Positions 9,901 through 18,976 of a DNA stretch of 52,398 nt are shown here, in pieces. The translations under genes and the position numbers were made by a program. Origin of the DNA: an uncultured Clostridia bacterium (GTDB taxonomy: Bacteria; Bacillota; Clostridia; TANB77; UBA1234); contig CANQBB010000004.1 of assembly GCA_947588905.1 (NCBI GenBank), positions 1 through 52,398 of the forward strand, in the 5' to 3' direction. The notes beneath the pieces were generated by a model. The model saw nothing but the letters and a program-made list of their open reading frames with translations. It did not search any database and was not told the DNA's origin. Position 1 is the stretch's first letter; each line of letters starts with the position of its first letter.

Positions 9901-12084
9901 AAAGTACCAGTACAATATTACTCATCTGAAGGATGTGTACTAGAAATCTTAAATAAAGCATTGATGAAAGATGATGCAATGCAAGCAGAAGGTATAGAAG
10001 GAGACGGAAAAGGAAGAGCAACAATAATAGCAAACTATGAAACAATACCACATTTTGACTATACAAAAGGTGGACAAATAGTAGGATTAAGTGGAACTCC
10101 AATATCAGATGTAGTAAGTGGAGATGTAACAACAGATGATGGTGATATATGCAAAGGACAATTAGTAAGCTTTACATATACAATACCAGAATTAGACCAT
10201 AGAAAACCTGATATGGCAAAAATCGAGAAAGAATATAGCAATGCTGGTGTAATATTAGATATACTAGCAAATAATGGAGCAAAAATAAGAATGGATAGAT
10301 GCCATGTAATAAAAGAAGATGGAGGAGACTGGATAGTATTATCAGGTGCAGAATTACCATTAGCAAGAACGTTTACTGTAACAGAGTTAAAGACTATGGG
10401 CGAAAATGGAATAGGATGTAGAGATTTAGTAGATCCAACACCATGGACAGGTCCGAATACATTATATAGAAATACAGATATGTGGGTACAAAAGACTTCA
10501 GAAAATAAAACATATGACACATTTGCAGATATATACTTTAAACAATATCAAAAAATCGGAGTAAATGATGTAGAAGCAGGAGACCCAGCAGCAACTGCAA
10601 CATCTTATATAGATGTACCAGGAAATAAAGTTGTAGTACACACACCAGTTGTAGACTATGCAAGCTTAGATTTAACAGAGAACAATAAACATAATCAATT
10701 AGTAAATAAACAAGAAAACGCAATAGTGATGGGAGAAACATTTACAATTGTAATACCACATAATGGAGCACATAAAGATGCACCAGGATATGGAAATAAA
10801 GCATATAACTGGGATGGAGCTTTGAAAGAAGATGAATCAACATTTAAAGGACATGCTGGACAAAAACCAAGTTCAGATTCATTTGCAATGAAGAAACAAG
10901 CAAAATTTGATTTTGGAATAGTATATAAAGATACTTATTATCGAGCAGGAACTTGGATTGATTTAGAAGCATCACAAGAAAGATTTGATTTCATGATACC
11001 AACATGGGAAGATGAAGTATGGAATGGAAAGACAACAAAGATATATACAAGAGTAATAGCAGAAAATGCAATAGATGATGGTAAAGTAAATTCAAGTCAA
11101 GTAAATGCAAATACAGATATATCAAAGTATACTGCAACACAAGATTTTGTTGTAAAAATAATAGGAAAGATGTATGATATACAAATAAGAGCAACTGATG
11201 ATGCAGGTTGGACAAACATGAAAAATGTATTAACAGCATCAGGATTCCCAATAGGACAAGCAGGACAAAATAGTGTAACAGGATATCGATATGGCCTAAA
11301 GATGGGAGCAAAAGCATACTTTGACTTAAAAGTAGATGGAGGAACAGGTCAAACAAGTAAAACAATTGAAGCAGTGCCAAAATACTATTATGTATCAAAG
11401 AACGGAGGAGAAGCACAAGAAGTAGACTTATATTATCATAGAATAGGAGAAAGATTTGTAAGCTTGACTTCAAATCCAGTAACTATAACAGAAAGAATGT
11501 CACAAAACTATGGAGTAAAATACTTTGCAAACTATAATGAAAACTTAGGAATAACAAGAAGAGTAACTGGAAATACAGTAAATTATACAGTAGATAATAG
11601 TTTGGGAGATACTTCAAAAATAATATTAAATGCAGTAACAAGAATAGTAGCATATAGAACAAGTCAAGAATTAACAAGAGCAAGATGGGGAAAAGATATC
11701 GGAAACCTACCAACTGACCAAGACAAAATAATAAGTTCAATAGGAAGATGGTATGGAGAAGTAAAAGTACCAGCAAGCACAGTAGTAGTTACAAAAGGAA
11801 CTCCAATAGCTGATGTAAAAGCTGGAAAAGGAGCTTTAAAGAATGGATACTTAATAGTAGCATTTGAAAGTCTAATTACTAAAGCAGAAAATGGTGACCA
11901 GTACTTATCATATGCAAAGCCAGATGGAAATACACAATGGCAAAAAGAAGCATACGAAGATGATATAGCTCTACCAAATGGAAATGTAGCTTGGTTACCA
12001 GCCAGTGCAAAAGATTATGCTATGGTAATATACGAGACAGATGTAAGAATCAATAATGATTATGAATCAACAGGAACACACTAA
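6964..12084 (+). CDS. Large secreted multidomain surface protein (His/Cys repeats, MucBP-like repeats, Pro-rich linker, possible DUF5704-like C-terminal region)
   Basis: 1706-aa ORF, signal peptide, repeated H-x3-C-x2-C motifs, VKHQDTNGTTLAP..IIFVY MucBP-like units, PTNPPNPVTPPP linker, NKVVVHTPVV motif. Confidence 0.8.
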   Translation: MRKKIIALMLIVITVLSLGVVFAEEKDDRILKNIGEEITRVVTKYMDDEEEEHTHSWSGYKYDSDSHWQECSCGAKQNSGKHNMVLYQGGSDQHYRKCSTCGRTVYGNHDWTAWKSVDENNHQRTCKVCGKVATQAHNTEWKKVDYNEHKKDVCSICKGGPWQENHVITGGAKGVDHKCKKCDATASDYEEWGSQHWFNYPNDGEKCNNPNCTATLKRTDKLDETNISKYPIQDKYEMIGSGHDWEKKASTVTVDFNYPPYMTKEDQAVKEVKYTILTFLHENYAYHDNAYKDYQEDWIEQKPGEDLLELPEEYIQEPISKWGLQAQVFAGIHYTEIVDTVLNGSETHWEANLPSGHGALYQVIVDGRTQTGFDHKEHLYVNGSCSLAGGALGSSAYTEILGYVKVIYRDINAEKIPGAPQDKNYTELAWSYKNSDLYIPVDADHENLDRLGWRYKGYKLLTGLTTTPKASDLKKLEKESHVNVGPLGLNRRQYTVVFVYEPIMLEIKHYVKIGNTGEKILIDTTKNTLEPVEFHNAMNSTADPNHVCTSASCNCKIETDEGREYVTQHNITSLNKFIWPGYILLGWELNTKDGKLLKDGSYNVDVDVDKLTDSSDLSKITTFLDDDPRIEEVQKKVGVSTALNTKESVGHKSDMVIEFEYSTITIKVSHHNMSGDYLKDTNGVNLGPANMILTGVSFYIPSLVTLGTNTWGLTGQTYNAEGYLFKEVKIFNGVKELGTWGPVDSTYFWAFTSSGGAVGPGILNEIQKIGNDITVKFYYESLENEVIVKHQDTNGTTLAPDEHHKMEPEGVDVMPKKELLDNGWNNEHYEDSGERHDPPYESVHVENQPGKRTIIFVYVTTKPTNPPNPVTPPPDGGYTPDPDAKATVLLRSNTRGDNEEYNVETSIPTSEDLYGNIYTNSFILKNEYHLRTMYVPLQIKLVKKYYVTNNTDIIKQMEEGRVGKDIIDEASEETTTITVKVPVQYYSSEGCVLEILNKALMKDDAMQAEGIEGDGKGRATIIANYETIPHFDYTKGGQIVGLSGTPISDVVSGDVTTDDGDICKGQLVSFTYTIPELDHRKPDMAKIEKEYSNAGVILDILANNGAKIRMDRCHVIKEDGGDWIVLSGAELPLARTFTVTELKTMGENGIGCRDLVDPTPWTGPNTLYRNTDMWVQKTSENKTYDTFADIYFKQYQKIGVNDVEAGDPAATATSYIDVPGNKVVVHTPVVDYASLDLTENNKHNQLVNKQENAIVMGETFTIVIPHNGAHKDAPGYGNKAYNWDGALKEDESTFKGHAGQKPSSDSFAMKKQAKFDFGIVYKDTYYRAGTWIDLEASQERFDFMIPTWEDEVWNGKTTKIYTRVIAENAIDDGKVNSSQVNANTDISKYTATQDFVVKIIGKMYDIQIRATDDAGWTNMKNVLTASGFPIGQAGQNSVTGYRYGLKMGAKAYFDLKVDGGTGQTSKTIEAVPKYYYVSKNGGEAQEVDLYYHRIGERFVSLTSNPVTITERMSQNYGVKYFANYNENLGITRRVTGNTVNYTVDNSLGDTSKIILNAVTRIVAYRTSQELTRARWGKDIGNLPTDQDKIISSIGRWYGEVKVPASTVVVTKGTPIADVKAGKGALKNGYLIVAFESLITKAENGDQYLSYAKPDGNTQWQKEAYEDDIALPNGNVAWLPASAKDYAMVIYETDVRINNDYESTGTH

Positions 12085-12094
12085 TATTTAAAAT

Positions 12095-12127
12095 AAAAAA
12101 ACCAATCTCGAAAGAGGTTGGTTTTTT
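12095..12127 (+). terminator. Rho-independent terminator
   Basis: AAAAAAACCAATCTC-GAAA-GAGGTTGGTTTTTT. Confidence 0.85.
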
Positions 12128-12220
12128 GCATTAAAAAGAAATGTCTCCTAAGCTAACGGAAGTACAGGTATAATTAGCAAAAAAAATTTTTTAAAAACAT
12201 AATTTTTTTATGTTCAGTTG

Positions 12221-12249
12221 TTGACTTTTTTATGAAAAGTTTGTATAAT
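12221..12249 (+). promoter_or_regulatory. Sigma-A promoter for infA-rpmJ-alpha operon
   Basis: TTGACT-17bp-TATAAT. Confidence 0.75.
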
Positions 12250-12327
12250 AAATGAGTTAGAAAATGGCTTTTTATCCGTTTGATTCGAAAAAGTCTTAAA
12301 ATTCTAAGAATTGTGTGGAGGTAAAGT

Positions 12328-12546
12328 ATGTCTAAAGAGGATATTATCGAAGTAGATGGTACTGTTGTTGAGGCATTACCTAATGCTGAATTTATAGTAG
12401 AACTTGAAAATGGACATAAACTACATGCTCATATTTCAGGTAAGTTAAGAATGAATTTTATCAGAATTTTACCAGGCGATAAAGTAAAACTTGAATTGTC
12501 GCCATATGATTTAAATAGAGGACGTATAGTTTGGAGAGCTAAATAA
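12328..12546 (+). CDS. infA: Translation initiation factor IF-1
   Basis: [39 protein letters not shown]. Confidence 0.98.
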   Translation: MSKEDIIEVDGTVVEALPNAEFIVELENGHKLHAHISGKLRMNFIRILPGDKVKLELSPYDLNRGRIVWRAK

Positions 12547-12607
12547 GCGCGGCTACCTCGAAAGAGGATTATATATAAAACTTAAAATTTTTTAAGGAGG
12601 GGAAAAA

Positions 12608-12721
12608 ATGAAAGTAAGACCATCAGCTAAGAAAATTTGCGAAAAATGCAAAGTAATCAAAAGAAAAGGTGTAGTTAGAGTTATATGTGAAAACCCTAAG
12701 CATAAACAACGTCAAGGTTAA
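12608..12721 (+). CDS. rpmJ: 50S ribosomal protein L36 (not in ORF track)
   Basis: Manual translation [37 protein letters not shown]; AGGAGG RBS. Confidence 0.97.
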   Translation: MKVRPSAKKICEKCKVIKRKGVVRVICENPKHKQRQG

Positions 12722-12738
12722 TTGCAACACTAATTACA

Positions 12739-12937
12739 TGGTATGGAATTTTCCATATCAAAATGAATTTTTAATATTGATATGAATACCTTAAAAGTGC
12801 GGCTGTCCGGTCGAACGGATTCTTTGAGGGTATTTACATATAGCAGTTATTTACGTCACTAGATAACTGCAATAATAATGTTATATAGAAAATATTTCTA
12901 TATAATTATCTATAGTTTTAACATTTTAAATGTTAAG
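12739..12937 (+). promoter_or_regulatory. Multi-hairpin structured leader upstream of rpsM (candidate ribosomal-protein leader)
   Basis: Five consecutive stem-loops visible, including a GC-rich core GTGCGGCTGTCCGGTCGAACGGA inside ATACCTTAAAAG/CTTTGAGGGTAT arms. Confidence 0.5.
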
Positions 12938-12970
12938 TTTTAAAACAATTTTTGGAGGTGTATTTTTTAA

Positions 12971-13339
12971 ATGGCTCGTATAGCAGGAGTTGACATACCT
13001 AGAGAAAAAAGAGTTGAAATAGGCTTAACTTATGTCTATGGTATTGGAAGAACAAGTTCAAACAAAATATTAGCAGAAGCTGGAGTTAATCCAGATACTA
13101 GAGTTAAAGATTTAACAGAAGAAGAAGTAATCAAAATTAGAGAAATAATTGATAAAGGCTATAAAGTTGAAGGTGACTTAAGAAGAGATACAGCTTTAAA
13201 CATCAAGAGATTGATGGAAATTGGTTGTTATAGAGGTTTAAGACATAGAAAAAATCTACCAGTTAGAGGACAAAGAACAAAAACAAATGCTAGAACTAGA
13301 AAAGGTCCAAGAAAACTAGTAGCAAATAAGAAGAAATAA
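12971..13339 (+). CDS. rpsM: 30S ribosomal protein S13
   Basis: [43 protein letters not shown]. Confidence 0.98.
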   Translation: MARIAGVDIPREKRVEIGLTYVYGIGRTSSNKILAEAGVNPDTRVKDLTEEEVIKIREIIDKGYKVEGDLRRDTALNIKRLMEIGCYRGLRHRKNLPVRGQRTKTNARTRKGPRKLVANKKK

Positions 13340-13355
13340 GGGAGGGTGAAATAAA

Positions 13356-13757
13356 GTGGCTAAAGCACAAACTAAAAAAGTTACAACTAGAAAAAGAAGA
13401 GAGCGTAAAAATATTGAAAAAGGGCAAGCTCACATTCACTCTAGTTTCAATAATACTATTGTTACAATTACAGATGTTCAAGGCAATGCAATTTCTTGGG
13501 CAAGTTCTGGTGGACTTGGATTTAAAGGTTCAAGAAAAAGCACACCATTTGCTTCACAATCTGCAGCTGAAACTGCAGCAAAAGCAGCTATGGAACATGG
13601 CTTAAAAACAGTAGAAGTATATGTAAAGGGACCTGGAGCTGGTAGAGAAGCTGCAATTCGTGCACTTCAAACAGCAGGTCTAGAAATCAGTATGATTAAA
13701 GATGTAACTCCAATTCCTCACAATGGTTGCAGACCACCTAAGAGAAGAAGAGTTTAA
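13356..13757 (+). CDS. rpsK: 30S ribosomal protein S11
   Basis: [45 protein letters not shown]. Confidence 0.98.
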   Translation: MAKAQTKKVTTRKRRERKNIEKGQAHIHSSFNNTIVTITDVQGNAISWASSGGLGFKGSRKSTPFASQSAAETAAKAAMEHGLKTVEVYVKGPGAGREAAIRALQTAGLEISMIKDVTPIPHNGCRPPKRRRV

Positions 13758-13785
13758 TTAAATGATGAAAGGAATGAATAAATAA

Positions 13786-14415
13786 ATGGCAAGATATATA
13801 GATGATTCATGCCGTATTTGCCGTAGAGAAGGCGAAAAATTGTTTCTTAAAGGTTCAAGATGTTATACTGACAAATGTGCTATAACAAGAAGAGCATATG
13901 GTCCTGGACAACATGGTCAAAGAAGAAAGAAACAATCTGAATATGGTATGCAATTAAGAGAAAAACAAAAGGCTAAAGCATTTTATGGTGTTTTAGAATC
14001 ACAATTTAGAAAATATTTTGAAGAAGCTGAAAGATCAAAAGAAATCACAGGTTTAAGATTACTTCAAATTCTTGAAAGTAGATTAGACAATGTAGTATAT
14101 AGATTAGGTTTAGCAACATCAAGAGGTCAAGCAAGACAATTAGTTAGACATGGTCATTTTACAGTTAATGGTTCAAAAGTAAATATACCATCATATTTAA
14201 CTAAAGTTGGAGATATAATTGCTGTTAAAGAAGGTAGCAAAAATAGTGAAGCTTTTAAAGCAATAGTTGAAGCTACTGAAAATGGTAGACCAGTTCCAAC
14301 ATGGCTTGAATCAGATCTTCAAAACAAAACTGGAAAAGTAGTAGCTCTTCCTTCAAGAGATGAAATCGACTTATCAGTTCAAGAGCATTTGATTGTTGAG
14401 TTGTATTCTAAATAG
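13786..14415 (+). CDS. rpsD: 30S ribosomal protein S4
   Basis: [45 protein letters not shown]. Confidence 0.98.
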   Translation: MARYIDDSCRICRREGEKLFLKGSRCYTDKCAITRRAYGPGQHGQRRKKQSEYGMQLREKQKAKAFYGVLESQFRKYFEEAERSKEITGLRLLQILESRLDNVVYRLGLATSRGQARQLVRHGHFTVNGSKVNIPSYLTKVGDIIAVKEGSKNSEAFKAIVEATENGRPVPTWLESDLQNKTGKVVALPSRDEIDLSVQEHLIVELYSK

Positions 14416-14466
14416 AAATAATTGATAAAGAAATAAAATTTATAATATTATTTAGGAGGTCAGAGA

Positions 14467-15414
14467 ATGATAGAATTCGAAAAGCCAAGAATCGAGTGTT
14501 TAAAACTAGACAATGATAACATGTATGCAAAATTTGTTTGTGAACCCCTTGAAAGAGGTTATGGTATTACATTAGGAAATTCTTTGCGTAGAATATTATT
14601 ATCATCATTGCCAGGAGCTGCAATAACAAGTATGAAAGTTGATGGTGTTCAACATGAATTTACAACTATTCCTGGAGTAGTTGAAGATGTTGTTGAAATT
14701 ATCTTAAATCTTAAACAAGTTAGATTAAAGATTTTTGATAATGAAGAAAAAGCATTAAGAATCGATGTTGAAAAAGAAGGCGAAGTAACTGCTGGAGATA
14801 TAGTTGGAGATGCAAATGTTGAAGTGCTTAATCCAGACTTACATATTGCAACTTTAGCTCAAGGTGGTAAGCTTCATATGGAGCTTACTGCAAATAGAGG
14901 TAGAGGTTATAATCCATCAGTTAAAAACAAACAACCAAATCAACCTATTGGAGTTATTGCTATTGATTCTATTTATACTCCAGTAAAAAAAGTAAATTTC
15001 TATGTTGAGAATACTAGAGTTGGACAAATCACTGACTATGATAAATTAACTATTGAATTATGGACAGATGGAAGTTTAACTCCTGATGATGCATTAAGTC
15101 TTGCTGCTAAAGTAATGAATGAACATTTGGCTTTATTCATTGATTTATCAGAAGCTACTAAGAATACAGAAGTTATGATTGAAAAAGAAGAATCTAAGAA
15201 AGAAAAAGTTCTAGAAACTACTATCGAAGAATTAGATTTATCTGTAAGATCATATAACTGCTTAAAGAGAGCTGGCATTATAAATGTAGAAGATTTAACT
15301 AACAAGACCGAAGAAGAAATGATGAAAGTTAGAAATTTAGGTAGAAAATCTTTAGAAGAAGTAACAAATAAATTACATTCTTTAGGATTAGATTTTGCTC
15401 CTAGTGAAGATTAG
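14467..15414 (+). CDS. rpoA: RNA polymerase alpha subunit
   Basis: [54 protein letters not shown]. Confidence 0.98.
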   Translation: MIEFEKPRIECLKLDNDNMYAKFVCEPLERGYGITLGNSLRRILLSSLPGAAITSMKVDGVQHEFTTIPGVVEDVVEIILNLKQVRLKIFDNEEKALRIDVEKEGEVTAGDIVGDANVEVLNPDLHIATLAQGGKLHMELTANRGRGYNPSVKNKQPNQPIGVIAIDSIYTPVKKVNFYVENTRVGQITDYDKLTIELWTDGSLTPDDALSLAAKVMNEHLALFIDLSEATKNTEVMIEKEESKKEKVLETTIEELDLSVRSYNCLKRAGIINVEDLTNKTEEEMMKVRNLGRKSLEEVTNKLHSLGLDFAPSED

Positions 15415-15441
15415 AAATTATTTAGGAAGGGTGAAATTAAA

Positions 15442-15966
15442 GTGGCAGAAAATAGAAAGTTAGGAAGAACTGCTGATCATAGAATGGCAATGCTTAAAAA
15501 CTTAACTACAAGTGTTATTTTACATGGCCAAATAGAAACAACTGAAGCTAAAGCTAAAGAAGTAAAGAGCTTAGTTGACAGCATGATTTCTCTAGCAATC
15601 AAAGAAAAAGATAACTTTGAAATGGTAGATAAAAAAGTTTCAAGACCTAAAGTAGATGAAAAAGGTAATAAGATTACTGAAAAAGCTACTAGCAAAAACG
15701 GAAAAGAATTCTACAAAGTTGTTAGAGAAGAAGTTACTGAATCAGTAAAGAAAGACAATCCATCAAGACTTGCAGCTAGAAGAAAAATAATGAATGGCTT
15801 AAATAAAGTTAAAGATGAAAATGGAAAAAGTGTTGACTTACCAGCAAAATTATTTGATGAAATCGCACCTAAATATGCAGATAGAAAAGGTGGATATACA
15901 AGAATAATTAAACTTGGTCAAAGAAGAGGCGACGCTGCTGAAACAGTTATTTTACAATTAGTTTAA
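15442..15966 (+). CDS. rplQ: 50S ribosomal protein L17 (long form with internal insertion)
   Basis: RKLGRTADHRMAML, ETTEAKAKE, GGYTRIIKLGQRRGDAA. Confidence 0.96.
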   Translation: MAENRKLGRTADHRMAMLKNLTTSVILHGQIETTEAKAKEVKSLVDSMISLAIKEKDNFEMVDKKVSRPKVDEKGNKITEKATSKNGKEFYKVVREEVTESVKKDNPSRLAARRKIMNGLNKVKDENGKSVDLPAKLFDEIAPKYADRKGGYTRIIKLGQRRGDAAETVILQLV

Positions 15967-15975
15967 TAAAATATA

Positions 15976-16011
15976 AAGAAGGTAGTTAATTTTAAATTAA
16001 CTACTTTTTTT
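15976..16011 (+). terminator. Rho-independent terminator after rplQ
   Basis: AAGAAGGTAGTTAATTT..AAATTAACTACTTTTTTT. Confidence 0.8.
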
Positions 16012-16073
16012 GTAAGAAAAATTTTATTTATGTTATAATAAAAACAATAAAATAAAAAAGGAGTTTAAGAATT

Positions 16074-17300
16074 ATGAAAAAATTTTTAATGATGATTTTG
16101 TTTTTGAGTATTCTTTTAATACCTTTAAATGTATATGCAGAAACAGTAAATAAAATTTCATATAAAGCAATCGTTTCAAATTCACTTGGAGCAAAATATT
16201 ACATTATAAATGATACTATTATTCAAGAAGAACCTAAATTAACTGGAACATATGAAAATGGCACAGAATTAAATATAGACTATGAGATTGAATATAATGG
16301 AGAAATTTATGCATGCATATTTGAGTCATATGTTAAAATAACGTTAGTTAATATAAAAGACTTAATAATGTTAGATGATAATGTTTCTTTTAATAATAGC
16401 ATTGAAGAAACAAAAAAGATTAAAATAGTTAACAACGATGGAGAAAAAATGTATAAGCAACCATCTTGCTTAAGTGATATTTTATATACAATACCATACG
16501 ATACGGATTTAATTGAAGAGGAGTATATAATTGGCGGAGAAACGAATATGGTATGGAGTCATGTAAAATATAATGGAGAAGAGGGTTGGATATATAATTT
16601 TAACTTGGAAGATATTGCATATTACTTACCTAATACAAGTGATAAAATTATTACAATAAAAGATACTGATATAACTAATAAAGGGGAAAAAGTTGGAACA
16701 ATACCTGGCTATACAGAAATATCAAACTATTTATTTAGTAATAATATTTTTCAAGCATATGGATATGATAAATTATATATTACATACGATGGAATTTCAG
16801 GATTTATAGATTGCAATAGTTGTGCATTTAGTATATCTGGAGAAGCAACAATAAAAGAAAACCCAGAATATATGAGAAAACTATATAAAGATGTTTATAT
16901 GTATGAGGACGCTAAAAATGAGGTTATAGTTCAAGATATACCTGTTGGAACGAAATTAAAATGTAGCTATTATATTACTTATATTTATGGAATGTCTGAT
17001 GTTGATATTTGTTCAATATATACAAATTATAATGGGAAAAATGGCTGGGTTTTGGTAGAATATGATGATATAAATATAGGTCAGTCAAATCTTTCTGATT
17101 TAGATAATTTAGAAAATACAATGTCTGGAGAACAAGTAATAAATTCTGAAAACCAAATAATAAATTCTGGAGATAATTTAGAAACTACTGATAGTATCGA
17201 AAATAATTCTGCTTATATTTTTTATACTATGGATGCACTTTTAGTAATATTTTTTATAGTATTATTTTATATTATTAAAAAAATTAAAACAAATTTTTAA
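16074..17300 (+). CDS. Secreted, C-terminally membrane-anchored protein with SH3b-like repeats
   Basis: Signal peptide; repeated units ending WSHVKYNGEEGWI, YITYDGISGFI, TNYNGKNGWV; C-terminal TM helix plus basic tail. Confidence 0.7.
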   Translation: MKKFLMMILFLSILLIPLNVYAETVNKISYKAIVSNSLGAKYYIINDTIIQEEPKLTGTYENGTELNIDYEIEYNGEIYACIFESYVKITLVNIKDLIMLDDNVSFNNSIEETKKIKIVNNDGEKMYKQPSCLSDILYTIPYDTDLIEEEYIIGGETNMVWSHVKYNGEEGWIYNFNLEDIAYYLPNTSDKIITIKDTDITNKGEKVGTIPGYTEISNYLFSNNIFQAYGYDKLYITYDGISGFIDCNSCAFSISGEATIKENPEYMRKLYKDVYMYEDAKNEVIVQDIPVGTKLKCSYYITYIYGMSDVDICSIYTNYNGKNGWVLVEYDDINIGQSNLSDLDNLENTMSGEQVINSENQIINSGDNLETTDSIENNSAYIFYTMDALLVIFFIVLFYIIKKIKTNF

Positions 17301-17429
17301 ATATTTAAAGGGGATTTAAAATCCTCTTTTTTTAGTAAAATACTTGTTTACTTTGTTGCATTTTGATATAATTATTATGATAATCTTGCAGAGATTATCA
17401 GGATGTTGAATAGGGAGGTATTGTTATCA

Positions 17430-17936
17430 ATGCCAAATAAATATAATCAAGAAATTAGTGAGCAAAATAAAAAGTTTTATGAGAAGTTGCATAAGGGAAT
17501 GATTGTAAAAGGTAAAGTAAAAAACATTCAGCCTTATGGTGCTTTTATAGAATTGCAAAAAGGTATTGTGGGTTTGCTTCACATAGAAGATATCTCTGTT
17601 TCAAGAATTAGAACACCTGCAGATATTTTAAAAGTTGGAGAACTTGTTGTAGTAAAAATAAAAAATTATGATAAAGATACAGGTAGAATAACTTTGAATT
17701 ATAAAGATTTGCAGGGAACATGGGAAGAAAATGCTAAAGATTTCGAAGAAAAAACTGTTGTAAAAGGAATTGTTAGGAACAGAGAAAAATTTGGAGTTTT
17801 CATTGAGCTTAGGCCGAATCTAGTTGGTTTGGCAGAAGATAAAAAGCTATCAGTTTCTTATGGCGATGAAGTAAAAGTATATATTAAAAAAATATCGCCA
17901 GAAACTAAAAAGATTAAACTAGTGATACTAGATTAA
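17430..17936 (+). CDS. Two-S1-domain RNA-binding protein
   Basis: GKVKNIQPYGAFIEL..GLLHIEDIS and GIVRNREKFGVFIEL; GGGAGG RBS favours ATG 17430. Confidence 0.88.
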   Translation: MPNKYNQEISEQNKKFYEKLHKGMIVKGKVKNIQPYGAFIELQKGIVGLLHIEDISVSRIRTPADILKVGELVVVKIKNYDKDTGRITLNYKDLQGTWEENAKDFEEKTVVKGIVRNREKFGVFIELRPNLVGLAEDKKLSVSYGDEVKVYIKKISPETKKIKLVILD

Positions 17937-17953
17937 TTAAAGGAGGAAAGGTA

Positions 17954-18898
17954 ATGGTAGAAGATAATGCTATTAAAGCACCTAAATCGCCATTTGCGAT
18001 GAGGGAAAATGAAATCAAGGTTTTTGATGGAAGAGATGGATATGCTTCAATTAACCAAGTGGTTTTTAAAATTGATAAAGGGTATATCAATGAATTACAT
18101 TTTCAAATTTTGGAAATTATAAATGATTTTGAATTTATTACATCAAGACAAATATATCAAATGCTTATGCAAAAAGGAATTGAAATTAAATCACAAGATA
18201 AGCTTAATAAAAAGTTAGAAGATATGATAAAGAGCAAAATAATTACAAGATATTATTTTTCTAGTGATGAAGGCAAAGGAATTTATAGAGTTTATTGTTT
18301 AGATAAAGTTGGAAAATATTTATTAAATACAAGAGATATAAAAACAGTTTGGCAACCAACTGATAATACAAAACCTGTATATATGTTAAAAAGAAGATTA
18401 GCCGGAAATCAAACAATTATTGCTTATATGCAAAAGGTTGGCGCATATAAAGGATTTGTGCTTAAACCAACATTATTTGCAAAACGTCAAAATATTAAAT
18501 TTCAACCAACTGGTGGTCAAGTAATATTAGTAAAAAATGATATAAAAGTAGATATTATTTTTGAAGTAGTTAGAAGAAATGCTGGCTGGGAAGAAAAATT
18601 TATGGAAAAGATAAAATTGTATGAAGAGTTTTATGAAAATTTCCAAGCTAAAGATTGTGGATTTGATAAAAAGCCACAGCTTATAATTATTGGAGAAGAT
18701 GATGAACATATCGTTTCTATATTTAAAGCATTTAAAAGAGTACATGCTGAAATGAAAGGTATTGAGGTTTATTATTCTACAGATTTAAGACAACTAGAAC
18801 CTGAGATGGATAAAACTTTAATTACTTTCAGACAAGACATTGTATCTGGAAGATATAAAATGGATATGTTGCAACAATTTCCACTATTAGAAAAATAG
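17954..18898 (+). CDS. Putative replication-relaxation (Replic_Relax)-like winged-helix protein
   Basis: ILEIINDFEFITSRQI..KLEDMIKSKIITR..VYCLDKVGKYLL pattern; C-terminal IFEVVR..KIKLY resembles a nuclease-like core. Confidence 0.55.
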   Translation: MVEDNAIKAPKSPFAMRENEIKVFDGRDGYASINQVVFKIDKGYINELHFQILEIINDFEFITSRQIYQMLMQKGIEIKSQDKLNKKLEDMIKSKIITRYYFSSDEGKGIYRVYCLDKVGKYLLNTRDIKTVWQPTDNTKPVYMLKRRLAGNQTIIAYMQKVGAYKGFVLKPTLFAKRQNIKFQPTGGQVILVKNDIKVDIIFEVVRRNAGWEEKFMEKIKLYEEFYENFQAKDCGFDKKPQLIIIGEDDEHIVSIFKAFKRVHAEMKGIEVYYSTDLRQLEPEMDKTLITFRQDIVSGRYKMDMLQQFPLLEK

Positions 18899-18976
18899 AA
18901 CTTTAGATGAGGCATAGAGAATTGCTCTTTGCCTCTTTTTACATATAAATTTAATATAAATTAGAAAGGAGTAACT

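Noticed and set aside
6964-12084. Multiheme cytochrome or DGR target interpretation of the giant protein
   Set aside because: Cys motifs are H..CxxC rather than CxxCH; no reverse transcriptase or template/variable repeat pair is visible.
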